A stretch of 64,000 nucleotides of DNA from Octopus bimaculoides (lineage: Eukaryota): assembly GCF_001194135.2 (NCBI RefSeq), contig NC_068984.1, forward strand, positions 33,954,435 to 34,018,434, read 5' to 3'. The position numbers and the translations under genes were made by a program. Position 1 is the first letter of the stretch, and every line of letters begins with the position of its first letter. Positions 1-13,850 of this stretch are shown here, in pieces. The notes under the pieces were generated by a model. It saw nothing but the letters and a program-made list of their open reading frames with translations, searched no databases and was not told the origin of the DNA.

Positions 1-1129
1 GAACATAGGACATTAATGATTGCAATTCAATTATTCAACTTGGCTAATAAACAACAAAAGAAAGATTACTAGATTCAGCAAAATGAACATATTACTACAA
101 GATAGTAAGGTACTAGGACAATTTTATAAAAGTAAAGGTGCCCTTGAATGAGTTAACCACAGTTTATTATTGGTACACTTTTTATTGATTCAGGAAAAAT
201 GAAAATCAAGTGACAGCACTGACAGTGTTTGAATTAACAAAATCATATTTATCTGTGATAAAGCACCTAAATAGACACATTATAACCAACATATTCTCAA
301 CAGGATTACAAGATGTTCATGACTTTCTCATGTTTAGTAGAAATGCAAAACTGAAATAGGCACAACCAGGTATTGAAATAGTGTCATCAAGAGATTACAT
401 TTACTTTGATATTATATGTAGACCACATTAGAAATACTTGCATCAACACTCAGAGGATTAATAATTTTATTCAAATTCAAATTTGCCACTGTCAACTTCA
501 TTTAGTTCTTTAGAATGTTAAAATCTCTGTAGTTCTGACTATACAAGAGAAAACTACAGACAACAAATAAATGCATAATATTACTTTACTCCTAGAGCTT
601 CAGAACTAATTTGGAAAACATTTTATCACTGCTAACTCACCAGAATTATATTTAAAGTCTACACTGGTGTCAGTAAGTTGTGAATTCATACAACATTGCA
701 TGACATCAGTATTATATGTCAACTAAACCATACTATACACATGCTAATAAGAATATGCATAACTGATATTGTGCGACGTCTTAACAAAAGAATCATTTCT
801 ACCTTCTATGTTATTTCTTCTTTGCTTGTTTGCAAAGAAGAAATTGTCCATTTGTTATCCTCACTCTTCAGAAACTTCCATAAATTTCCATATCTTGCCT
901 CAAAGCATCGCAACATAAAGGAATTTTCATGGTTGAGTGTTTAATTTCAATGAATTCATTTTCTATACGTAGTCTGTGTCACTTTGTTCTGTGCGTGTGT
1001 GTGGGTGTATGGGCATAGAGCTATCTGTTCAAATATAGAATCTCAAAGATATATGTATATTTATATGTAAGCATGGTCTCTCACACACTCATACAGCCAT
1101 TATGTTATATATTACACAGTATTATTTAT

Positions 1130-1162
1130 ATACACACACACACACACACATATATAAACATG

Positions 1163-1195
<33 letters not shown>

Positions 1196-1213
1196 TTATA
1201 AATATGTGCATAC

Positions 1214-1305
<92 letters not shown>

Positions 1306-1426
1306 TAAGCACATATAAATGTATATATATATATAGGCATATATGTGTGTGTGTGCGTGCATGCATGTGTGTGTGTGTGAGTGCACACCTGCACTCACAA
1401 AAGAAAGAACAAAAGGTGAATATATG

Positions 1427-1501
<75 letters not shown>

Positions 1502-1525
1502 GTATATGTATATATGTGTGTTTCT
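1130..1525. repeat. compound (CA)n/(TA)n/(TG)n/(TATG)n microsatellite
   Basis: Directly visible dinucleotide and tetranucleotide arrays; source of the spurious HTHT/YIYI/CVCV ORFs. Confidence 0.95.
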
Positions 1526-2587
1526 TTGTGTGTGTGCACATATTTCACATAGATACCTCTCGATAGATATAATGCATTTATTTTATTTATTTGACTACTG
1601 CACACCCACTTTTGTATGCATGTTTGCATATATATACCAATATTATATCTATATCATATTTATATGTTATATCTTATTATATTGCATCACACCATATTAT
1701 ACATTGCAGTCAGATGACTTTATTTAACCAGCTGTAGGCTTTCTGATAATACTTGTCCTTTGTTGCAAAAACAGAATCTACTGAAACACACAAATAAATA
1801 CAGAACAATAAGTTTTGGTAACATACACATATGCATCTGTGTATGTGTGTGTGTGTGTATGCACACATGTACAGTACAGAAGTGAGTTTTCCAACAAAGG
1901 GACAAGGTGTATTTTCCATAGGAATAAAAAAAAAAACTATATTTCATTGATAGACCATATATTTATGCATAATTCTGTTATATGATTAATATTTTCTAAC
2001 TGAAAAGAGAAAGTTGGTGGCATGACGTAAACATTTGAATGGTGGACAAAATGCTTTACGATATTTAATTCTCTCTTTCTGTCTTCTATGCTAACATCAC
2101 TTGGGATTGACATTGCAAATCATAACTACTGGGGTGTATTCAATATAGGCCGCCATTTGAAACATATGTCATTGTGCCAATATTCGCAAATGAAATTTTT
2201 TCTACGGAATCAGTGGTGTTTTACTGGAAACAGTAAAATATAGACATGATAGTTTACAATATTCTGTCATGACATGACTCTATATTTAGAGCTGAAAACC
2301 CAACATATTGCTTTGTGCCTTAAACCCTTTTCATACCAATGCACTTGAGACTGCTTAGCATCATGATTCAAAGCCAGCTGTTTTATTATGTTCGTATCTA
2401 AATTGAGACCTGTCTATCATGGTTTTATGAATGAACTATTTGTTAATTTATGCCCTGAATTCTTTCTTGATAAATAAAAAAACACAAATAATCGTTTTAC
2501 CAAATCCTGCCAAATTCTTAGCTATTTTCAAAGTTAATTCAAACACACTGGTGGTGAGTTTCAGTTGAAATATTGATTTAAAATTTT

Positions 2588-2795
2588 GGTACAAAGTCAG
2601 GAATTTTGGGGGAGAGTGGAAGTCAATTACATTGACTCCAGTTCTCAACTGGTACTTATTTTATCGACCCTTAAAGGATTGAAAGCAAAGTGGTCCCTGG
2701 CAGAATTTGAGCCCACAACATAAAGATGGATGAAATCACACTTAGAATTTCACCCAGGATGCTAATGATTCTATCAGCTCACCGCCTTAATTTCA
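2588..2795 (-). mobile_element. SINE-B copy (tRNA-headed SINE, decayed)
   Basis: Shares 'ggtacttattttatcgacc...aaaggat(t)gaaa...gaatttga' with the copies at 10820, 22575 and 27017. Confidence 0.75.
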
Positions 2796-2832
2796 ATAGA
2801 AATATTGTCACAAAACCATCACCACTGGCATC

Positions 2833-3005
2833 TTCATCATCATCATCATCGTCATTTGCTCTCCTTGTTAGCATGGGATGGATAGGCCATCATGGTCAGA
2901 AACATTTCTTAGTGGGTTCTGCTGCTTCCATAGACTGGTATTTGTATATGGCATATCACATGGTTTTTGTGGTTAGATTCCCCTACGATTGCCAACCATT
3001 TGATA
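2833..3005 (-). mobile_element. family C (RTE-type 3' end with (ATG)n tail), decayed
   Basis: (CAT)n followed by 'tagcatgggatgga...ccttc/cctac...gccaacca', matching the other family C copies. Confidence 0.6.
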
Positions 3006-3529
3006 AGCAGAACTGGATGCATTTTCTCATAGCATCAACACTAAAGAGGCTGAATAGTCCTCGGCAAGACATAGAAAAAGAACCACTACTCATCTACCAA
3101 TCATTTTACCATGTATACAGGGTGCAGCGCCTTGCTCTTCCTACAAAATGATTGACTTGTCTGGGACCGATACAATAAAAAATCAACAATATACTGGTAT
3201 TTAACCCAACTGGTTGTATCAAATGCATGGTTTTTGTGTCAAACAAAAAAATTGAAGTAGTCAATTGATGTATTGATGTAATTGTAGTAGGCTATGATAT
3301 AGCAGAAATCAAAAGAAAACAATCAGATAATAAACCTTGAAATATTTAGCTTGATTCTTTTTCTTGAAAATGTGCCTCATTGGATTTTAATTTTCACCCT
3401 TTTACAGTTAATCTCAGAACTTACATGGTTATGATCAGTCTCAGCAAATGGAGCCTGTCAAGATCACTTCAAGATCACTCTTGGTGGAGATATAAAATTT
3501 GCATCCCCCTCCTATTCTGCCTCCTCTTC

Positions 3530-3552
3530 TGCCTCCTCCTCCTCCTCCTCAC

Positions 3553-3593
<41 letters not shown>

Positions 3594-3650
3594 CCACTAC
3601 CACCACCGCCACCACCACCTCCATTACACCACCACCGCCATCATCATTAT
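3530..3650. repeat. (CCT)n/(CAT)n/(CAC)n trinucleotide array
   Basis: Directly visible. Confidence 0.9.
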
Positions 3651-3870
3651 TTAAAGTACTCCTCTGCTAGCATGGGCTGGACAGTTTGGCAGGAGTTAGC
3701 AAGTCAGAAGACAGTGTCAAGTTTACTTTGGCTTGATTTCTATGGATGGAAGACCTTCCTAATGCCAACCACTTAACAGAGGGTAGTGCATGCATTTTAC
3801 ATGGCACCAGCAGCAGTGAGGTTGCCAAGTCACTAGCTGAACAAGACCCCTCAACTGCAGGAGCAGGAAA
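3650..3870 (-). mobile_element. family C 3' end, decayed
   Basis: 'ctagcatgggctggacagtttg...gaccttcctaatgccaaccactt...ttttacatggcaccagca' follows the (CAT)n tail. Confidence 0.7.
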
Positions 3871-6002
3871 TAATACAGAAGGGGGTGGGCTAGTGCCAGG
3901 TGATGAGAAATAAAATATGAATAGAGAGACAAAAATAGATATTTTGTAGCAGAGGAGATACATGGCTATCTCAGTTAGAGACAGAGCGAGGGGGGAGGGG
4001 AGAGAGGGGAGAGGGAGAGGGAGAGGGAGANNNNNNNNNNNNNNNNNNNNNNNNNNNNNNNNNNNNNNNNNNNNNNNNNNNNNNNNNNNNNNNNNNNNNN
4101 NNNNNNNNNNNNNNNNNNNNNNNNNNNNNNNNNNNNNNNNNNNNNNNNNNNNNNNNNNNNNNNNNNNNNNNNNNNNNNNNNNNNNNNNNNNNNNNNNNNN
4201 NNNNNNNNNNNNNNNNNNNNNNNNNNNNNNNNNNNNNNNNNNNNNNNNNNNNNNNNNNNNNNNNNNNNNNNNNNNNNNNNNNNNNNNNNNNNNNNNNNNN
4301 NNNNNNNNNNNNNNNNNNNNNNNNNNNNNNNNNNNNNNNNNNNNNNNNNNNNNNNNNNNNNNNNNNNNNNNNNNNNNNNNNNNNNNNNNNNNNNNNNNNN
4401 NNNNNNNNNNNNNNNNNNNNNNNNNNNNNNNNNNNNNNNNNNNNNNNNNNNNNNNNNNNNNNNNNNNNNNNNNNNNNNNNNNNNNNNNNNNNNNNNNNNN
4501 NNNNNNNNNNNNNNNNNNNNNNNNNNNNNNNNNNNNNNNNNNNNNNNNNNNNNNNNNNNNNNNNNNNNNNNNNNNNNNNNNNNNNNNNNNNNNNNNNNNN
4601 NNNNNNNNNNNNNNNNNNNNNNNNNNNNNNNNNNNNNNNNNNNNNNNNNNNNNNNNNNNNNNNNNNNNNNNNNNNNNNNNNNNNNNNNNNNNNNNNNNNN
4701 NNNNNNNNNNNNNNNNNNNNNNNNNNNNNNNNNNNNNNNNNNNNNNNNNNNNNNNNNNNNNNNNNNNNNNNNNNNNNNNNNNNNNNNNNNNNNNNNNNNN
4801 GGAAGAGGGGTGAAAAGGGAGGGGGAGGGGAAAGAGGAAATGGTTAAGATGTAACTAGGGGTAATTTCAATTTGCCTGGAGATGTATATAAGTGAAGCAG
4901 AACAAAGGATTGCACAGGGTGAGTGGGTGGAAGATGGTAGGGATGGAATGTAGTGGGTGGGCACAAGCAGAAGGAGGAGGTGTTAGGAGGATGTTTTATG
5001 GTGGAGGGAGACATTCCACAAGGATGTATTGTGGGCATGAGGGTGTAAAGGGAGAGAAATACAGAGAGGGATGAATCCAAGATGAGGGAGGGGAGGTGTT
5101 AGAAAGATGGGTTATTGGAGGCGAGGAGCCACATTGGGTCTCTTTCAAGCCAACAATGAACTGAAAGTGGCGTCTTAACTGAATGAACATTTACAGTGCT
5201 CAGATATGACAGTTTGTTTATATACCTCATAAACTTTATAATCTTGTCCCAGTATAATACGCAGAAACAAAAAGTTCAGTGTATTGAAAATGTTAATATG
5301 CACCAACTAAGCTGAGTTTCCACACACCATGAGGTTTGCATTTTCTCATGGAAATTAGCTGTTAATTTATGCCAGTAGTTGATTTGTTGAGAAGGTTGAC
5401 ACTTTCCCTCCACAAACATTTTCATAGTGTCATTGGGAAAAAGTATAATTTTATAAAATATAAGAAAATATAAAAATCGGTTCAGGAAATTACCCAAGCA
5501 AAAAATGTCTTTGAGTGAAAAAATGGAGTAAAAAAGAAAAAGAATAGAATTTGAATATCCTCTGTTACACTAGCATAGTAATAGTGATAGTCATTAGTTC
5601 ATTTTTGGAGCAGTGGATCTCAAAGCACATAAAGCTATGGATAATAGCATGTAAATTGGGTTGAAAACCTTCTGGAATAGAAAAAGATCAAGAAATGCAT
5701 ATGGGACAAATTCACGTCTCATCTGTACATGACAGACGTTCTACCATTGGAATTTTACTTTTTCTATTCAAATGGGATTTTCAACCCAATATTTACATGC
5801 TATTACTTATAGCTTTGTGCTTTGAGATTCACTCTTCCCAACCAAAATTATTTCATGCTCGCTCAAATGTTTATAAATTTTGGGGGAGTAGAGCTTAGTC
5901 AATACCACTGACGCAGCAGAGTTAATTGGTTGAGGGTGGGAAATGAAAAGCAAAGTTAATTTGAACACAGAACAAAGAGCCAGAACAAATAATAATAATA
6001 GC

Positions 6003-6390
6003 TTGTCAGTTGTTTGACCTTAACCAGTTTCGCATGTCCCTTGGTGGCTGATGATATGTGCATCTCTGATCATGAGCAGAAGTAGTGGGGGAGCATCATA
6101 GCCATGTGTTGAGAGGAATTCTTTCAGGTTTGAATAATTCACCTTTGAAAATATGGATGTTTTGCTCAACATCCTTAAACAAACCTTATTCAGGGACCTT
6201 TTGAGCAGGAAATTCTAACTGGGCCCCACCATGCACTGTTTATCTTGATATGAGATCACCGTGTCACGCATATATGGTTGTGATGCATGTGCCGGGTGTA
6301 CTCTTATCAGACGGGTAGTCATGATGGGTATAATGGGCTCCATATATTTTACCGCAGTGTCACTTTGATGGCATGCACTGCTCTCTCACA
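6003..6390. repeat. dispersed repeat bounded by (AAT)n, family unclassified
   Basis: About 390 bp of more GC-rich sequence with AATAATAAT at both ends. It is single-copy in this window; I recognise it only from memory of octopus repeats. Confidence 0.45.
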
Positions 6391-7019
6391 TAATAATAAT
6401 AAATTATTTTTTCTGCCCCTTTTCATGTCTAGCATATAATGTTCACTTCTCCTCTGCTAACATGATTGGAAGCAAGAAATCACAACAGTGTGACTGAGGA
6501 TATCAGGTCAATATCCACAAAAACCAGCAAAACCACAGCACATTCTCATGGAGGAGGGAGAGTTTTTTCTATTTGGATGTCTTACAGGATGAAAAGCAAA
6601 ATTTTTCAAAGAACAGATGAACTTAGGAGAGTCAACAACTACACAAATAGCAGTTTTTTTAATAGTATTGCTGCTGCTGATGCCACTTTCAGTTCATGAG
6701 AGTTCCAATAATGATAATGTGAAGCCTGAGACTAAAAATAGTAGGGGGTCATCCTTTCAGGTCTATGTATTCTACAAGAGAATGAGGGTGTTTTAGCCTT
6801 GGCTGGCCTAGCAATACTCTAGAGAAAGTGTCACAACACTTCTGCTTGTGACATCTTAATACCATAGTCATTTTTATGAGTGTAATGCCAAATAAAAAGT
6901 GTAATCACCACAGTGTTCAAGAAACTGGATCTCCAAGTAAAGGTCTGTTGCACAGCAAGTGTTCCACAAAGTAGAAGAATGCACCTGGTTACTATCCAAC
7001 TGCTGCTGCAAAGATTAGG

Positions 7020-8400
7020 AGAAGATGGGTCTCAAAATGATATTACGACTCTGATGGAATGTTATTACAGAAGTGAGCCTAGCAAAATAGGATACAGGAA
7101 ACTAATGTTTAAAATATGGATCTCAAAACAAAGACTTCAAGGCCAGGAAAATTGAAGCATAAAACGACAGTGGCTATTCCAGCTGAAATGGGAAAAACAT
7201 GGTACATAGAATAAGAGAAAGAAGAAGAAATTGGACAAGAAATATTATTTAGAGAGTGCAATAAATAATAGCCAAGATAAACACATATTTTATTTTATGA
7301 AGGAAAGGAACTTATTACAGTGGCTAATTAGACACAAACTAGTGACAGAAAGAAACTATCACCTTTGATAGGAATTGTAAAAAAAATTTACATAAAATAG
7401 TATAGGAGCTGGATGGCCAGTTAAAGAAAATCTGATAAAAATATAAATGATCCAAATGACCACATATATAGCACAGTTTCTGTTGCTGTGGAAATTCTTA
7501 GGGTTAATAATCCAGGAAAAGCAAGTGACAAAGAGCCATGATGGAAATGGAGACTTGAAAATCATGTTGAACAGCTCAATAGAGATTTTAGAAGGATATA
7601 TGCATTAACTGGAAAGAAGCTGTTAAAGGAAAGACATAGAAATGAGCTCTAAAGAAAGGACATTAAAAAACAGATAGCACATACCTAAAGAAGAGTTAAG
7701 ACAAAAAAGCTAAGGCAATAGCAGGGTAAAAAATTAGATTCAAACAAAGAATAAACCAGTTTTAGCAGAACAGGTTCTTCAGCAACAATGAAAGAAAATA
7801 TTATCAACAGCTGAACAACAAAAATTAGCAACAAGGGAACAATGTGCTAAATGCTTAAGCAGCAAGGAGCTTTTGGTCAGATATTTGGAATGCAGAAATT
7901 CTATATAACATGCATGGTGGTGTGGTAAGAAGCCTACTTCCCAACCACATGGCTCCAGGTTCAGTCCTACTGCATGGCACCTTGGGCAAGCATATTTTAC
8001 TTATAGTTTCAGGCCGACCAAAGCCTTGTGAGTGGATTTGGTATACAGAAACTGAAAGAAGCTCATCCTCTGTGTGTGTCTGTCTGTCTGTATTTGTCTC
8101 TCTGCCATCACTTGACAATTGACACTGGTATGTTTATGTCCCTATAATTTATCAGTTCAACAAAAGGGACCGATAGAATAAGTACTAGGCTTACAAAGAA
8201 TAAGTCCTGGGGTCGATTTCTTTAACTAAATCCCTTTAAGGTACGGCCAACATGGCTGCTGTCAAATGACTGAAACAAGTAAAAGAATAAAAGAACAGAG
8301 AAATTTTGGTTATGAAAATTTGAAAGTGAAATGGAAAACAGATCAGAAGAAGAGGATGCTCATGTGACAGATGAGAAAGTGAAAGAAAGAAATAAAAAGA
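7020..8400 (+). mobile_element. R4/Dong-like non-LTR retrotransposon remnant (region N-terminal to the RT), interrupted by SINE-A
   Basis: Degenerate translation gives MECYYRSEPSKIGYRKLMFKIW, EP*WKWRLENHVEQLNRD and EELRQK..KAIAG*KIRFKQRINQF*QNRFFSNNERKYYQQLN, resembling R4/Dong ORFs; multiple stops and frameshifts. Confidence 0.65.
7905..8293 (+). mobile_element. SINE-A, near full length
   Basis: tRNA-like head 'gtgtggtaagaagc...ggttcagtcc', internal TG/TGTC microsatellite, 3' 'gactgaaacaagtaaaaga' tail. Confidence 0.9.
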
Positions 8401-9011
8401 GTGTTAAACTATCGACAAAGTGTGAGAATCATCCACCTGCCTACAGAAGTGCAAGGGTCAGAGAACTCTATAACTGATTGCCTTTTGCTCAGCTCACCTT
8501 TTACAAACTAAGCATTCAAAAAATGGTTTGTGATCGTTTTCGTTAAGCAAGATCTAATTGACTTCTTCCCTTTTTTGATAATGTTATCAAATGATGGATT
8601 ATTGCTTAGTTTTATAATTTTCCTGTATGACTTCTATCATGCAGGTGCAAATGTCCAAAACTCTGCCTGTACATTTTGATTAATTGTTTAGTGGCTTATT
8701 GGTTCACTTTAGTGCAAAGGCTACCAGTAGTTCATAATCCTGCTGCTTCCGTGGTAATCCTCTTACAATGTGTAAATATTGCAAATATCAAACCTCTATA
8801 ATAAATCTAAAACAGTCAAAGAACAGAACTTCCCTCAACCCCATATAATGAAGTTGATGCTCAAAGTCCTGAGGTTCTTTAGCATTTAAATGGAATCAAA
8901 AATGGATTTGTTTTCATGCAGTATTCCTTGAAACAGTATCTTCTAAGCAGAGTTCTGTCATAAAATGTCTTTCTATATTCAACAACAACCTTCTTAACCT
9001 TTAATACTTTT

Positions 9012-9325
9012 TTTTATCTTTTATCTTTTAATTGTTTCTGCCTTTGGACTGTGGCTGTGTTGGAGTACCACATTGATGAGTTTAATGAAACAAATCAACC
9101 CCAGTCCTTATTTTTATGCCCAGTACTTATTCTATCCATTGCATTCTGCTGAAGCAAACCAACACCAGTTGACAATCAGTGAGGTGAGGGACGAAGAGGA
9201 ACAAAGTCTACATACATACCAACCAAATCCATTCACAAAGCTTTGGTCAACTCAGAGCAGTAGTGGAAAATATCTACCTAAAGTGGCATGCATAGTGGGA
9301 CTGAATCAGAGGCCACATGGTGTCA
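9012..9325 (-). mobile_element. SINE-A, decayed
   Basis: Reverse complement matches SINE-A motifs (cagtacttattctatc; caaatccattcacaaagctttggtc; gtgggactgaa). Confidence 0.7.
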
Positions 9326-9460
9326 TGCATAGTGGGACTTGTCCCATCTCTCACAGAAATCCTATGGTCTATTGTATTTTATATCACCGTACAACCTAAA
9401 CTCACTGAGGTTCACATTGTCCTTCAAACTTCCAAGGTTAATAAAATAAGCATTAGTAAT

Positions 9461-9684
9461 ATACCTTTAGCACTCAGGTTACTCTGTTGAATATAATGCT
9501 TATTTATCTGCATTGCTTTAAATTAATCATTCATTATCTTATTCTTTGTGACTCCCATGATATGATTTTTCATTTTAGAATGACGTAGTGGGATAAATGT
9601 GGAAGTCCAAATCTGGTCAGTTTGAACATAAAACTGGAAGAACATTTGGGCCTGACAGGGCAAGTTTAAATGCTAAAGGATTAA
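9461..9684. mobile_element. MITE with (TTAA)CCCTTTAGCA...TGCTAAAGG(G)TTAA termini
   Basis: Inverted ends cctttagca / tgctaaagg followed by TTAA. A second copy lies at 58426-59110. TTAA|CCC termini are piggyBac-like. Confidence 0.75.
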
Positions 9685-10819
9685 ATGACTCTGTCCACTC
9701 TGATTTATATGACATTGGCACAAAGTTTCATTTTCCTTTTTTAATTTTTAGTCAAGAGAGAAGGCCGTTCTTTATAAAGTTTCTGTGACTAATCCAAGAA
9801 AGAAAATATTTCCTCTAATAGGAGCCTAAGCTCAAATACTTTCAACAGTGTGAACCCTTTTACAAAGTAATAGTTTGTACCATTCCATATAGTGTAGGTT
9901 ACAATCTTGCTAGGATCAACTACAATTATTTACCTTTCAGGTACAACAAAATAAGAAGCAACTATATATTACAGTTGGTTCATTTGATGATCTACTCTAC
10001 CGCAAAACGTTGTAGCAGTCTAAATTGAGAAACCACTGATAATGATTTAGGTGGAAATAAGAATTAATTTTTAATGATCAAAATTTTATCAAATTCCTGT
10101 TATCAAAGATGTTTACTGCCTTATTATAAAAAATGCTAAGGGTCTGCACAGTAAAGAGACTAGTTGGAAAAGATACTAGATGGCAACAGTAGGTTTTGAT
10201 CTGCCATCCATATATTACATTTGCATTTTAAACAAAAGCTATTTTCCTTCTTAGTCTTTCCCTCACTCCTTCTTCGCTCTCTCTCTCTCTCTCTCTCTCA
10301 TAAATAATTGATTTTGTTGATCTAGTAATCTTCAAGCCACAATATTCAACATTTTTAATAGTAAATTTATGTTGTCCTTAGTGTTGGGGTTCTTCAGCAG
10401 AGTACACTTCTTTAAAAGTATTGGGGATGTTATGTCTATTACCATATTATCTGATAAGTCTACCTCTATTTTTAAGTAAACAGCTATGATTTAAGGAATA
10501 TCTATCTGTAATTTATAGGAGATCATCATAGATAACTATATATAGATAAGCATTATTTTATCGTGTATATCCTCATTTTACAACAGGTGTTGTTGTTGGC
10601 CATAGACCTCACTGGGAGCAAAGTAATCACTGCCTCTCATTTTATCTAGAACTCAAAGACCCCAAATTTTCCAGTGGACCCTAGGTGATAACAGCAATAA
10701 CAAACTTTGAAAGAAAACAACATTCAAAGTTTGCTACAGGTGAAAAACAGAAAAATGACAGGCAATCTTCTTAAACAGGATTTGAATTCAAACATGGAGT
10801 GCCAAAATTGATTTTATAT

Positions 10820-11017
10820 TTTGGTACAAGGCCAGCAATTTCAGGGGAGTGGGTAAGTTAATTACATTGACCTCAGTGTCCAACTGGTACTTATTTTATC
10901 AACCCCCAAAAGGATGAAAGACAAATTTGACCTCAACAGAATTTGAACTTAGAACATGAGATTCCACTAAGCATTTTTCCCCATGTACCAACAATTCTAC
11001 CAGCTCAACGCCTTCGC
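10820..11017 (-). mobile_element. SINE-B copy
   Basis: Collinear with 22575-22777 and with the reverse complement of 27017-27160. Confidence 0.85.
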
Positions 11018-11664
11018 CAACACCTGAATACTGTGTGTCATTGTTGTTATGTAATGTGCTTTTACTCTGCTATACTTAATCTTGGCAATATATATTTATT
11101 CGTCCTTACAAGTGTTTCTTTTTTTTTTTTCTTTCTGACAGGCTTTAGAGTACAACACATGTATATATGACCTTCAATAGTTTACCTGGTCGAGATGTAA
11201 ACTAACCAGAATATTATATTTTGGCAGTGTGTCTGACTAACTTTTGGCTGGTTTCTATAAATAACTGCAGACTTCCATTGTTTGCTTAGAAATTGGTTAG
11301 CCAAAATGTAAATAAAAAAACAGAGGTGAGAAGAATAAACAAAGCTATGATGACATGGCTCAGAGCAAATCAAGAAACAAAGTTTGATTAACTAGTCATA
11401 GAAATAAGAAGAGCGACAACTTGAGATGGTCTATTGCTCAAATACATACAACATATGCCAATACTGACAAAATTATTTCTATGAATATATATATATTATT
11501 ATATATTATTATGTCTTGTGCCATGATGTGAGAGCATGTTTTCAACTTTAGAGCAAGTGTGTACATATATATAAAGCAATAAAAAGAGTATGGATGCATG
11601 AGAGTATGTGTGCACACATGTGTGTATATAAATGTATATACAGTCTGTTAAAGTCTGTCATACC

Positions 11665-11704
11665 GGCCATAACGAAGGGAAATAGCCCTGAAACTCGAGT
11701 CGCC
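11665..11704 (+). ncRNA. minimal type I hammerhead-like motif with atypical core
   Basis: GGC-CATAACGA-AGGG(aaatag)CCCT-GAA-AC(TCGA)GT-C-GCC: stems I, II and III and a GUC site are intact; the core is CAUAACGA instead of CUGANGA. Confidence 0.55.
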
Positions 11705-12159
11705 TTTATATATATATATTTATATTTATATATTTATATATTTGATCCTTTATATTGAACACTCAATATTTCATCTACATTCAATACTTTCTTTCATGGT
11801 GCCATCCATTTTTATTTTATTTTATATTGTATATTGTANNNNNNNNNNNNNNNNNNNNNNNNNNNNNNNNNNNNNNNNNNNNNNNNNNNNNNNNNNNNNN
11901 NNNNNNNNNNNNNNNNNNNNNNNNNNNNNNNNNNNNNNNNNNNNNNNNNNNNNNNNNNNNNNNNNNNNNNNNNNNNNNNNNNNNNNNNNNNNNNNNNNNN
12001 NNNNNNNNNNNNNNNNNNNNNNNNNNNNNNNNNNNNNNNNNNNNNNNNNNNNNNNNNNNNNNNNNNNNNNNNNNNNNNNNNNNNNNNNNNNNNNNNNNNN
12101 NNNNNNNNNNNNNNNNNNNNNNNNNNNNNNNNNNNNNNNNNNNNNNNNNNNNNNNNNNN

Positions 12160-12203
<44 letters not shown>

Positions 12204-12686
12204 GCACACACACACACCCATATATATATACATATAGTCACATATGCATACATACAAACCTATCTAATACATAAATGGCAATTTCTGTCTGTCTGTCTGT
12301 CTGTTACCATCTTAGTGCCTAAACCAGCAAACCAATATTCCCAAAACTTTGCCAACATGTTACTCTAACATCCAGTTCAATAATAGGCTAATTAGATTTT
12401 AATAAAAAATCTATAGTGTGCCCCCCAGCAGCATTGGGAGATTTATATGATAAAATGAGAAGCTAGCAAAAAGTATATAGGGTTACCTATATTAATGAAA
12501 GCAAGAACAGTGATGACAATATAGTAATACAGTTGTCATAGGCACTCCACACTGTATACATAATTTTGTAAATGCATAGATACAACACACACACACAGAA
12601 AGGTGGGTGTGAGGAATACATAGCTTAAAGAGAAAGGGGGTAGGTGACTTTTCTGCTGTCAATCACAAAGAAATACTCACACACAG

Positions 12687-12721
<35 letters not shown>

Positions 12722-13417
12722 TATATACATACATCTATACATATATACATGCATACATATCTCTACCATACACCATTTTAAACTTGTGATTACTTGTGTG
12801 TATGTTTGTAAATGTGTATGTGCGTGTGTGTGTTATATCTTATAACTGTCTGTCTCTCTACTTTTGTAGTGTCTTCCCTGTTGCTGTCATATATTGTGAG
12901 ATTTCAAAATTGCATCAAAATTTTCAAATTTCAATATATTGAAATAATTTCCCACTTTAAATCTGATTGTTTATTTATTTGTTCCAGAAAATTTACAGAA
13001 AAATATTACTGAGGTTTAAAATTTAATTAATTTTACCTAATCAGAAAACAAGATTGAGAAGCTGGCATTTTCTGCATGATAGCTATCTATCATGAAATGA
13101 AAGCAAAATCATTAGGAGGAGAAATTTTTATTAAAAAAACCAAAACAAAGCATTGCGATGGCCAAAGTTGTAAGAACTTCTGAAGTTTTAATGAATAAAG
13201 TCATGTGAAACAGTTGGACAGACATGTAAATAATTTAAAAAGGAAATAACTCCTCAACGGTGTTTTTTGATGAACAATTGCACAAGTCTGTCTTGATCAA
13301 GAGGCCTGTATGCCGAGAAAGGTATGCTCTGACATGGAATAAATAAAAAATTACATAGGACATCCTATTGTAAAAATTGCCTGGCAACGACAGAATATTC
13401 AGCTAGTATATATATAA

Positions 13418-13730
13418 ATCATCATCATCATCATTGTTTAACGTCTGCCTTCCATGCTGGCATGGGTTGGATGATTTGAGAGTAGCAGACCAGGCAGAAG
13501 ACTGCACCAGACTACTGTATCTACTTGGGTATAGTTTTTACAGGATGTTCTTCTTAATGCCAACCCTCACCCCCCAGCAGAGTGGACAGAGTGCTTTATG
13601 CATGGCACGAGCACAGGCAAGGTCAGTGTTGGGATGGTTTTTTACAGCTGTATGACCTTCCAAATGCCAACCACTTTACACTGTGGACTGGATGCTTTTT
13701 ACATGGCGCCAGCACTGGCAGGGTCACTAC
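13418..13730 (-). mobile_element. family C 3' end
   Basis: (CAT)n then 'gtttaacgtctgccttccatgctggcatgggttgga...caggcagaagactgcaccag'. Confidence 0.8.
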
Positions 13731-13792
<62 letters not shown>

Positions 13793-13797
<5 letters not shown>

Positions 13798-13850
13798 TGC
13801 AAGAGTGGGTGTGTGGTAAGTAGCTTGCCTACCAACCACATGGTTCTGTA
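13793..13850 (+). mobile_element. SINE-A head fragment
   Basis: 'ggtgcaagagtgggtgtgtggtaagtagcttgcctaccaaccacatggttc' after a (TA)n array. Confidence 0.8.

Noticed and set aside
1122-1727. Overlapping ORFs rich in HT/YI/CV repeats (also near 19.3, 26.0, 28.7, 38.9, 43.1, 46.9, 55.7 and 57.1 kb)
   Set aside because: Translations of dinucleotide microsatellites, which lack stop codons.
9949-10017. Possible + strand terminal exon VQQNKKQLYITVGSFDDLLYRKTL*
   Set aside because: Good acceptor, but two frames are open, there is no recognisable homology, and an equally good minus-strand donor overlaps it; unsupported.
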